From Octopus sinensis (lineage: Eukaryota), in NCBI RefSeq assembly GCF_006345805.1, contig NC_043003.1:60264001-60328000 (forward strand): a stretch of 64,000 nucleotides of DNA. The letters run 5' to 3'. A program made the translations under genes and the position numbers. The stretch's first letter is position 1. Each line of letters begins with the position of its first letter. The notes beneath the pieces are model-generated. The model was not told the DNA's origin, made no database searches, and was given only the letters and a program-made list of their open reading frames with translations. This document shows, in pieces, positions 23,575 to 35,735 of this stretch.

Positions 23575-24573
23575 CAGTAAATAATCTGCACCTAAATACT
23601 CGGAAAGTTGTGTGAAGCGGTCTTTTAGTTTTCACCACGTGTCACACGAAACTCAGAGTGAGTAGACAGTAAGTATTCAACAATCTTTCCTTTGCATGCA
23701 CATATGCATGCATGCATGTATCCATCCATCTATCTATACACATATATATAAACACACACACATACACACATACATACAAACATACATCGTACATGCATGT
23801 ATAACATAGACACTCACCCACCACACCCGCACACGTACGTATATATGTGTGTGTGTGTGCGTGTGTTTGCAGGTTTGTGTATGTTTCTCTGTGCGTATAT
23901 GTTCTTAGTAATACATTTCGTAAATAGTTTGTCAGAAAATGTAATTATGATTGCTCATAATCGATCGGTTCTACACTCACAGATTCACAGAGAATGTCAC
24001 ACATGTATCATATCAAATCAAGTTCACAATCGCACACAAATATACAAGTAGACAAATAATACAAATAAAACATACTGCATTGACAAACACAAATGGAGGA
24101 TCATTTCTCAACGAAATTATATGCATATTTATCTCTGTGTTTGTATCTGCTTATCCTATAGGAATATAATAAATTGGAATGAAAGCTAAAAAATTGACAT
24201 AATGAACGAAAAAGATTCAGTTCAATGCTGACACAGAACTTCAAGATGTGAAAGCTTTTGTTTTGTAAATACTTGTGACATTTGATTGTTCAGACTCACA
24301 GCCGCCATATTATATCAAATTTGTTGGCTTCTATAGCAAAGTTGAACAAACAATAACAACAATTTAGAAAACTATCACTTTCTCTCAGTTTCCCTCTTTC
24401 TTACTCTTTCTCTTTCCCTCCTCTCACCTCTATCTCTCTCTCTCTCTCTTTCATTATCGTTTTCTTTTCTTTCTTTTTTTTCTTGCTCAATTCTCCTGTA
24501 TTTCTCGCAATATTCTGCTCTTTGTGTATGTTAATTATCATACACGCTACATGCGTATAACATATATATATGT

Positions 24574-24604
<31 letters not shown>

Positions 24605-25430
24605 TATATATTATATATATATAGCATATTTATATATATATACACATATATACATATATAATAAATATATATATGTAATATATTTATATTTGTATGTGTA
24701 TGTGTTTGTGCGTGTGTGTAATATACATGTGCATATATTTATGTATGTATTTATGCATATATGCATAAAAACATGTGTCGATGTGTGCCTGTGTAAGGGT
24801 TAGATTGCGTATGTGTCTGTGTGTGTGTGTGTGTTTCATTTTGCATACTTCTTATGTACATTTATATGCATGCGTGTATGTATACGTATGTGACTGTGTG
24901 CGGTTCTGACTCAAAGACAAAAATGAGCTGAACTTTGATTTTCTATGACGAAGACTACTTTTTTCACCCGACTCTATTTTTTTTATTTCAGTCTGACAAG
25001 GTCAGGTCAACTGGTGGTCGCAAAAGACATAGAAATTGCTAAAAATCGCTCGCATTACCATCTGACAAATTCAGAATACACTTTACTGATTTCTATTTTG
25101 AGCTGAGAATCACACCGCTAGACGCTTCCTATTCTTATGAACCCTAAGGGTGAAATAAACAAAGACAAAGTAATTTTGTGTATGTTAAGACCTATTTTAT
25201 ATATTTATCTCATTAAGAATGCTATCATTAAGAGAAACTGAATATTCCCCTGTACTTTCAGTATTGATCATTGCTTTTCTCTACAACCCGTTCAAAAACC
25301 AAATCTGTCTGTTAAAGGTCAAAGAAAAATATCTCAAAAGTGAGATAAATTTAATACTATTGCTGTTATAGATGCATACGTGTGTGCACGCACACGCATG
25401 TATATATTCATGCATATAGCTTCGGATATT

Positions 25431-25735
25431 CTTTTCTACTTTTATTGTATTACTTGTTTCAGTGATTTGAATACAGCCATGCTGGAGCACCGCATTTAGT
25501 CGAACAAAAAGACCTCTAGACTTTTTTCTTTGTAAGCCTAGTGCTTACAAAGTTATGGAGACGAAATCACACCAACATCGGTCGTCAAGCGATGGTGGGC
25601 GACAAACGCAGATACACAAACACACACACACACATACATGTATATGTGTGTGGGTGTGTGTGTGTGTTTAGATTCCGTCTACGAAATCCACTCACAAGTC
25701 TTTGGTTGGCTCGAGGCTGTAGCAGTAGACACATA
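25431..25735 (-). mobile_element. SINE family A, diverged, with internal deletion
   Basis: TACTTGTTTCAGTGATTTG...CATGCTGGAGCACCGCATTTAGTCG...GACAAACGCAGATACACAAAC...AAATCCACTCACAAG. Confidence 0.8.
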
Positions 25736-26853
25736 AACAATCTTACACCCACACATATACAGACATACACACTCACGCACACACACACACATATACGTAA
25801 ATATGTATGGATATATATGTGCATATATGTGTATGTACATATACTTACATGTGTGTATGTGTATATATACACACACACACACATATATATATATGCATGC
25901 TTTCACATAAATACATTTGTGTGTGTCTGTGTGCATGTGTGTGTATGTGTGTGTGTGCGCGCGCGTTCTAAATGTGTAAAAATCTATTTTGAAAGTCAGC
26001 AAATCTATTGATAGAATTTGTGAAATTCATTCTTTAAATATTTTTTATATATATTTAATGCATATTTTTGTGTAAGCATATTTTATACATTCTCTGGCAG
26101 CCCTTATATTTTTTGCTCCACTAATATATTATTTCATTTCTCTTCTTCTTGCCCTTGTCCCTGTTTTTTAGTCTCATCTCTGGGAGTTCGAAAAGATACA
26201 TATAAAAAGCATCCCTGCCGTGACCCACATCTAAATACTATTAATATTCGTGGCGACATTTGGTGAATATGACCTTTACTCAAAACCTTTCATGCAAAAA
26301 AAAAAATAATGTATGATGTGACAGAGATATAGCTGCTATGTCTCGAATTTCTAGCAAGCGCATGGGGATTCTTTCTTGTGCTTGTTATGTCATTGTTACA
26401 CAAATAATCACTTTTATGTCAACGAATACTGGGCCTTTTGATAATATGTTGGTAAATTTAGACAGAAAACATTTGCTAATTTCCTCGTGGTTTTCATAAG
26501 TTATATCGTACAATGTAACAAAAGCAGTTAACAGCTAACAAAGATTTGCTACGTTACTTCATATTCCGTAAAGTTTATGCAGCTGAAATTGTCTATAAAC
26601 CACAAGAAACTGATAATTTACTTACTTCAGTTGATGTATTAGAAAATATACTGTTCTAGCAAAGCCACAGCTTTGTAATATATGGATGTGTCTACATTTA
26701 TAGATATGGTTGTATGCTTATATATAAACGTACGTACATCTGTTTCATTACACAGACACGCACATCTATTAATACACACATACATATATATATACATATA
26801 TATACACACATATATATATGCATATACATACATGCATACATGCATACATATAT

Positions 26854-26937
<84 letters not shown>

Positions 26938-27189
26938 AACGGTGAATCTTCCCCATTTAAAAATATTCATACTGTGTTTATGATGATGGAATACCTAGTG
27001 GACGGACATGATAATCAATCACTTGAGCTATCCCAGAAACGCTTGTAAGGCTTCATATTCACATTACCCTAATTCCCATGCCCAGCATGGGAATAAAAAC
27101 CTTCAAAGGTAATAATTATTATTACAATTATAATTTAGGGTATCTAAGTTTTATACTTAACGTAGTTCTCGAAGAAATACAACGTGATA

Positions 27190-27370
27190 GAGAGTGTGAC
27201 AAGGCTGACCCTTTTGAAATACAGGTACTACTCAATTTTGCAAGTTAAATGGACTGGAGCAACGTGAAATAAAGTGTCTTACTGAAGGACACAACGCGTC
27301 ACTGGGAATTGAACTCACAATGTTGCGATCGTTAGCGCGGGATGCCCTATGCACTAAGCCGTGCGTCTAC
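27190..27370 (-). mobile_element. SINE family D-like, diverged
   Basis: GGACTGGAGCAACGTGAAATAAAGTGTCTT...GGACACAACGCG...GGGAATTGAACTC...CACTAAGCC. Confidence 0.75.
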
Positions 27371-27409
27371 ATGCACACACACACACCACACACACACATA
27401 TTTTTTTCG

Positions 27410-27600
27410 CCATGATAGATCGCTAGCCACTACACATTCCTTATTTTCTCTCCTTGTTTCCTTCTGTGTCCCTTTCTGTGAAAGAGCGTAGGCTCGAAAC
27501 GTTAAAGACTTTTTCACTGCATGAGCGTCATACTAATACATCTGTTTCTTGCCTACACCACCTGTCTTCGTCTTTTGATTTTTTGTGAATTCTCCCCTAC
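27410..27600 (+). mobile_element. Short element ending at (TA)n, with a hammerhead-like hairpin (possible PLE terminal fragment)
   Basis: CTTT-CTGTGAAA-GAGC-GTAG-GCTC-GAAA-CG-TT-AAAG at 27472-27507; pyrimidine-rich tail abutting (TA)n at 27600. Confidence 0.35.
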
Positions 27601-27675
<75 letters not shown>

Positions 27676-29086
27676 TGAAAGCTAAGCATATACAAGAAAT
27701 GAGATGAATAAGTATACAATTTCGTAAAGAAACGATGCTCCAACTATATTTGTCATGCGATATGTACTATTTATTTAATTGTATTTTTGCATATGATTAT
27801 GAACCTTAATTAATGAGTGATTTTTTGTGGCTTATAAATGAAGGTGTATGTGTATGTACATGATATATATGTATCCAACAGTAAAAGCCTGTGTAATATT
27901 TATGGCCAAATGTAGCAATTTAACTGTCACTTTTAATGATAAATGACTGTTAGATGCTTTATGGAAACTGCCAGTAGTTTTAATACATATTTCAAAAGAA
28001 CATTAAATAAATACATAGGTCCTTTTATCAATCTGGTTTAAACGTAATCGATAGCAGACGTAATAATTGCTTGCTTCCACCAGTATTTCTTCAGACAACA
28101 TGCAGTACATTGTAGTATAGAAATAAGAAAAGAGGGAGAGTGAGGTAGCAAAGAGAAGAGAGGGAGAGGGAGAGAGAGAAAGGGAGAGGGAGAGAGAGAG
28201 GTGAGAGAGGAAGAGAAGGGAGCAATAAGAGGGAAATGAACTGCTTGCAATACTCCTTGTTCTTCAGTGTTACATTACATGAGTCACGTCTGTGACAGGC
28301 ACCACCTGCTTTGGACAAGGCAACACATTCCCTTTGCCATCAGAATATTAATCTGGAACCATTGTGGAGCTGAGTAAGCTCTTGAAGTGTGATTGGGCTG
28401 AGTGCTGAGAGAATGTATGTGTGCAACGTATTTCTTCCGTTTAACAACTATGCAAAGGGAAGATCAAGGAGCCCTTTGTCACGCTGCAGATATTACTTCA
28501 ATCAATACATCAGAATACCAAAGAATTCGATAAATTAGCCAATTGTGAAGGTTTAAAAGAATGCAGAAATATCAGTATAACAGCTTTATTTATTTATTTA
28601 TTTATTCGTTTATTCATTTATTTATTTTCAGAAAATCCCTGAAATTAGCTTTCCCTGTTTCTTGTCTCTTCTTTCTCCTCACTTGTCTATCTAGTAATGT
28701 CTACAACGTAGGCAGGTAGATCGGTCGAGTGGTGGGTAATGTGAAGAAGAGTGATATACAGACAGGTATGACTTGCACTCATCTACAGACGTTCGCACAC
28801 TCACACACGTTCACACAATCTCTCTCGCTCTTTTTATCTCCTCTTTTTATATGTGTGTGCGTTTGTGTGTGTGGCGTGCATATATATGTATGTATATATA
28901 TATTAATATATATATATATATAGTATATATATATATATATATAATATAATATATATTATTATACGTATACACACACACACACATATATATATATGTGTGT
29001 GTGTGTGAGTATGCGTGTGAGTCTCTGTGTGTGTTTGTATGAGTATGTGTATGTACGTGTGTGTATGCATGAACGCGCGTGTGTAT

Positions 29087-29310
29087 GAAGTCTCGCGGTC
29101 TAGTGGTTTGGGTATTGCACTCGTTATCGCTCGTTAATATGTTCAACTCCTGGACCGGACGGCGCGTTGTGTTCTTGGACGAAACATTTCACTTGATGTT
29201 GCTCCACTTCACAGCTGTAGATGGGTAAATCTGTGACAGAATGGCCTTCTGCTCGAGGGAATTGTTGGCCAGGTGGCTTAGCGTGCAGGGCAGCATCAAG
29301 CATCATTCGA
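29087..29310 (+). mobile_element. SINE family D-like, diverged
   Basis: GGTCTAGTGGTT (A box)...GTTCAACTCCTGGACCGG...GCGTTGTGTTCTTGG...GTTGCTCCACTTCACAGCTGTAGATGGGTA. Confidence 0.65.
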
Positions 29311-29384
29311 AGGTTAGAACAGTGCGAATTGGATTGTGACAAGTAATGTATAACATTTGGTAGTTTGGTCGATATCGTCTCTAT

Positions 29385-29503
29385 ATATCCATATATATAT
29401 ATAGTAGAAATATATATATATATATATATACATACATATATATACAAATATATACTACTTATGCATATATATATATATCTATAGATATATATATATATAT
29501 ATC

Positions 29504-29576
<73 letters not shown>

Positions 29577-29585
29577 GATATATAT

Positions 29586-29648
<63 letters not shown>

Positions 29649-29710
29649 AATATATATATATATGCATGTATATATATTTGCATATATATATACAAACATA
29701 CATAAATATA
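29385..29710. repeat. Complex (TA)n microsatellite
   Basis: Direct inspection. Confidence 0.95.
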
Positions 29711-31020
29711 TAGACTCGTACGGACATGCGCATAAAGGTGATGTAATCTGGGTTATAATTTTTTTATAAAATGAAATTACAAGAAATGCTATTCCTCCGA
29801 GTTTTATGTTTTACCGATTTTCAAGTAATAAAATTAATAATGGTCGTTATCTACATGTAAACAATATAAATGATTTTCATGCCGTCAGAGCGCGGCACAG
29901 CATCATTAACCGTATACAAGTTTGCCAAAAAGTCATGGTATATGGAAAATAACAACCTTGAAAACTGTAAATTACAGTGAAAGATATGACATACCAAATA
30001 TTATAACCAATGTAACGATGGTTGTAATTTTTGCTTTTCAGAAAAGATGAATGCATTGACTACAAAAGCTCGATCTTAAATACTGGTTCAAAATGTATAC
30101 ATATATTTTAATTTCTTGTGAATGGAAAGTTAAAATGTTTATCTACAATCAAAATGTATCAAATATTTTCTACAAATAATGTGCGTCGAATGCCGTTTGC
30201 TCTTTCGTCACAGATAGAAATGCCCTGCGGATGTACGGCAGACGAGACTCACACATTATTGTCACACACTTTAATTATATGAAAATGTTTTGTGAAATAA
30301 AATGCATACAATTTTTTTTCTTTTTTCTTATCCTGCATATAAATGCTGGATTACATTATTCCTTGTTTAATTACTTGAAAATTAGTAAAATATTGAAGTC
30401 AGAGCCGAAATATATGTAACTAAAAATTTCTGATATATTCTATCCCACCGCAGTTTGTTCTTTGCATCTCTGAATTGTTTACACTTTCCAGTAATTCCTC
30501 TCTCTCTGTTGATTCTGAATATGAAATAAATCAGCTGAAAATTTAAACAGAACCCGTCGAATATTTCGATAAAGGTTATAGCCATATCTTCCAAACAGTA
30601 ATGTGTCAATAAGCCGAATCAACAAACTGAAGAATTTTATTTACTAACAGATTTTGTTTGCATATCAACTTCTCTTTTAAAACTTAGAAATATCCATCGC
30701 AAAATTAGGTGTAAGAATGTTTCGAGTAGAAGCTTTTCAAACTGATTAAAAGAATGAGATCTCTAAAGATAGTCGACTTACAATAGCCAATAAAATTTTT
30801 AAGTATATAAAAACGTTTCATAATACGCAAAAATATTCTCCATCCAAACAAATGGAGAATTTACATGTAACTAAAAGTGATACACATATGTTCTTATCTA
30901 ATATTGTTATTAATGTAAAAACAACTCCGTTAATTTTAAAACTAATTTAATAACTACAAGTTTAGATGTACAGGATAAGAATAAATTATTATACTACCGT
31001 AAAGCTTACATTACATCCCT

Positions 31021-31118
31021 CGCCATAGCGTGGTTCACATATCGCGCACTCATTACATCACGATTCACCTATTGCGCAGTCAGTGCATCGCGGATTTTTC
31101 TGACTGATATATGTAAGT
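31021..31118 (+). promoter_or_regulatory. Candidate CpG-retaining promoter/short non-coding first exon
   Basis: About 8 CpG in 100 bp within AT-rich DNA; ATTACATCA (C/EBP-ATF-like) at 31052-31060; ATTGCGCAG at 31071; Inr-like TCAGT at 31080; donor GTAAGT at 31113-31118. Confidence 0.25.
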
Positions 31119-31154
31119 TTATATCACGGTCTCCTCAGTATATTCGGATCGGTA

Positions 31155-31576
31155 TACTTTTTACTCTCTTTTTACTCTTTTTACTTGTTTCAGTCATTTG
31201 ACTGCGGCCATGCTGGAGCACCGCCTTTAGTCGAGCAAATCGACCCCAGGACTTATTCTTTGTAAGCCCAGTACTTATTCTAGCGGTCTCTTTTGCCGAA
31301 CCGCTAAGTTACGGGGACGTAAACACACCAGCATCGGTTGTCAAGCAATGCTAGGGGAACAAACACAGACACACAAACATATTCACACACACTTATATAT
31401 ATATACATATATACGACAGGCTTCTTTCAGTTTCTGTCTACCAAATCCACTGACAAGGCATTGGTCGGCCCGGGGCTATAGCAGAAGACACGTGCCCAAG
31501 ATGCCACGCAGTGGGACTGAACCCGGAACCATGTGGTTGATTAGCAAGCTACTTACCAAACAGCCACTTCTGCGCC
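31155..31576 (-). mobile_element. SINE family A, full length
   Basis: Minus-strand head GGCGCAGAAGTGGCTGTTTGGTAAGTAGCTTGC...GGTTCCGGGTTCAGTCCC and (AGTAAAAAG)n-type tail; well conserved throughout. Confidence 0.92.
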
Positions 31577-32891
31577 TATATTTATATATTTTTAGATTTT
31601 AATTATTTCTGTGGGAGGTTTTGGAACATAACGCCCGCGATATTCAAGAGATTACTGTACATCAAATTACAATTAAGGATCACAGCTAAACTTTATTTAA
31701 AATACTTTTTTCTTCCTTTTTATTCATATTAATAAGTACAATTAAATTTCAGTTAGGTATGGTAAATATCGATTCATAGACAATATTACTCTTAGAAGTA
31801 AACAAATAACCAATTTGTCATTCTGAAATACCAGCAGTTCTCTTATTATTTGGTCCAGTAGCATTACCAGATCGCAAATACCTAAGCGGAACCTCGAATG
31901 ATTTTGTTTTAAGTATTCCAATCATCTCACTGTTACTGGAACTATTTCTCCCATCCTTTTGTTTTGTATCGGACACATGAACGTGGTGATGATAGGTGCG
32001 GCACTTCAGCCATGCAGTAAGTGTAGGTAATGAAATGTTTTACTATTTATTTGCTAGGATGCACTATATCATTTCCCCATAACTTGCGGCTTTGCAAATA
32101 TATTAAAAATGAACACAGAGATATTGGTGTATTTATATTCATAATGGTTCATAATAGTAATTTATATCAGGAAGAAAGTCTATAAAATATGAGACGGATT
32201 GTACTTCTCTTGAAGCATTGTTTGTTATATCAGAGAACAAAAGGAATAATGTGGAGCGTTTCTTATAATGCAAAAGTAAAGAGATAGAAGGATTGTTCGG
32301 TAGACTTTGCGAAACGATTTTTCATCGTTAGCAGATATAAGTATCAACCAGAAAACATTCTTGCTCGCTGAAAGCGTAAATACAGCCATCTACTTAGGCT
32401 AGACTTAAAGTTCCGGTTACATCTAGTTGTCGAGACACAATATTTCGAATCAGCCAGAATGTCGCAGAATGCCGTGAACCATTGAAACATGTGTATTAAT
32501 TACACTGTTGTCTAAATACAAGTTATTCACCTGAGACACACATTGCAGTGTTCAGAATAAATACTTTGTTAAGAATAAATAGGTAAATATGCATTCAGGG
32601 AAAGACAATTCTTCTTCTAATCAAACCAGAAACATTTAGCATCTAATAATTCGCTGACTGCTTCCCTCTGCAGATAAGTTAATCAACCGAAATATACGAG
32701 GAATTTATAAATTATTAAATCTCACTTTGTGAGATTTTCGCATCATTTCTTTATTGTTTTGGTAAAATATGATGATATCTGACTGAAATTATGACTAACA
32801 GTCCTAAAGTGCAATGTGTTTATATAGATATATAGATATATATTTGGGAGGGTGGTTAGGGGTTGTGTCTGTGTGCGAGTGTGTGTCTGTG

Positions 32892-32926
<35 letters not shown>

Positions 32927-32949
32927 TTGTATACATGTATAATATATGG

Positions 32950-33092
32950 AGAAAAGAAGAAGGAGGAGGAGGAGGAGAAGAAGAAGAAGAAGAAGAAGAA
33001 GAAGAAGAAGAAGAAGGGGAAGAGAAGAAGAAGAAGAAGAAGAAGAAGAAGAAGAAGAAGAAGAAGAAGAAGAAGAAGAAGAAGAAGAAGAA
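32950..33092. repeat. (GGA)n/(GAA)n purine microsatellite
   Basis: Direct inspection; source of the poly-E/K/R ORF artefacts. Confidence 0.95.
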
Positions 33093-34340
33093 TCTAATAG
33101 AACTCACAGTTAGCTCCTCGCCTGGTGTTTGGCTATCGAGAAAGCTCGTGATTAAGTCTACCATGTAGCATTTCTGTCGTTCTGAAAATTCGGTTATTGC
33201 AATGGTGGAGAGCATGTATAAGAACGGACTAGATAAGAGGACTGAAGTGAGAGAGCAGATGTTAATTCCATTAGTTGACAGCTGTTTCGTAATCTCTGTT
33301 AGCTGCATAAGCAATGATATATCATAATATGAGTGAATACATATGGACATATATATATATATATACACTCATAAATACATTAAATGTCAAGTTAATAGAC
33401 CAGCCTTTTCTGTAACTAGCATATGGTCTCACAGGTAATAAATGTATTCGACAGATTAATAATATTAGAATTACCGTACGTGGAGTTCATCTATGAAAGT
33501 GATAGTATATACACGCAAATCCAGAAGTAAATATTATAAAGTAAATATTATAAAAGCGAATGTTATGAAATCAAAAACATAATATATAAAATAAGATTTA
33601 TTTTCCAAATATTTGGTTGACCATCTTGTAGTATTTAGATGGATAAACCATTGGATAGAAAGTATAGAATAAGATAGATAAATGAATAAACAAGAAAATA
33701 GTTGTAATCAAATAAAGTGCGAGAAAAAAATCTGGAAGTTAAATAAGGGGGGTAACTCGTAGTGAACTAGTAGTATCATTTGCACCTTAAAGGGCCAACG
33801 TTACATTTGTAGACATCTGAATTTATGAAATTAAAGATATATAGTAATCATAGTTAATATTACTATCTCGCCAATGAAAATCAACCCAGACCGGACTGAA
33901 ACTAGGCAAACGCAACATGGTACAGGTACAGATATATAGAAAAATAGGAGTTATGCTATTTAGAGCGGCTGACCTACTGGGGTTGAATAGTAATAGTAAT
34001 ATTAATAGTGCATTTAGGTTAAAGTTACTAAATTCATTTTCGGTATTGTGTAGGAAGGACCTACGATACATGTGTGGACATCATATAGTTAAATCATCTC
34101 GTTGGTAGAAGAGAATTGATTTACACTTAATTATTTATTAAGTCTCAGATATATACAAGTCATATTATTAGTAACTCTCTTCTCTTCTGCTTTTCATACA
34201 GTGGACGGAGCAATTTCATACCTAACCTCTTTATTAGTAAACATCTACAGAGCACAAGCGACAGATGTGGGATAAACAATACTGGTAGATATCAAGAATA
34301 AAGATGATTTTCTTCGTCCAAATTATTGGTTGTTCTTTTT

Positions 34341-34406
<66 letters not shown>

Positions 34407-35660
34407 GTTGCGTCCTGCAACATTGAAAAGGTTGCAAAACAGGTTGCAAAACGTAACGGAAATTTTTGGAAAAGTAAATAAGTAAATGAGTGAAAATAAG
34501 TAAATGAGTGTGTTAAATAATAAGAAAACATCAAAATATGCGTAAACACACGAAGTCACATAAAGAATCTTGCAAACCAAATCCCAAAACGAAATATAAA
34601 TATGTACGCACGCGTGCGTGTGTGTGTGTTTAAAAAGGTTGAATTAGATTCGTCTTTTAATTAGGTTTCCCAAAAATATTTGATATTGATACTTCATATT
34701 TTGCTGGTACTTTACGGGCGTAAATTTTTGCGAATATGAAAATAATATTTGCATATGATGTATTGTGAATTTATGGAAAGAAATCCTATAAAACTCAACA
34801 ATTTTGTTAGAAATGGATAGAGAAGATGTTAAAATATATAAGAGAATTTTAATTCATGCAAACGATCGTTTCGTACAGAGATATAAAAGTCATGAAAATT
34901 CATGGTTGACTTAAATTATTTACATTAATTATATATCACTGTACTCTTCAGTGCAAGAAATAGAATCACATTTTTTACAAGGGACTTGAGAAAGGAAATG
35001 GCAGAATAGAATCTAGGAGATTCTTATTTATCCTAATGAGAAAAAGAGAAAAACAGATAAAGAAATATATATATATATATATATATGTGGCGTAATGGAA
35101 TAGGGATTTGAAATCCGGGCCTGTTCCGTATTAACGCTCTTATATAATACAGATCTGGCTAACTTCATTTTAATGATGGAATATATAGAATTGTTTGAAA
35201 TAAATAATTAAATGCTGCTTTACTCGATAGTTAGATCCTGATTTCGCTCACTGGATTTCCAACATCATATAGGGTATATAATCAAGACATCTTAAAGAAG
35301 AATGTAAACTTTAGACATCTTCAAACTTTATTCATTACAGAAAGATTCTCATTAAATTCCATCCGACACGTGTTTCTAATGGATTGGAGTCCTAATGACT
35401 TTGATGTGGAATTTATGGGCATTTAGTTGATTCAGTTATAGTATCCATGGTAGATATTCCTACGCAGCAATGTTTACCTTGGGTTAGGTATCTTGTTTGA
35501 CGAAAAATACTTCATACAAAAATTATATGTGTGAGCATATATAAAAATATGCATATCTGTATGTGTACGTACAAGTTTATGTGTATAAATTTGTATATGC
35601 ACATATGTAACTATATGTGTGTATGTATGTACGTATGAGTGTATATACATACACACACAC

Positions 35661-35735
<75 letters not shown>

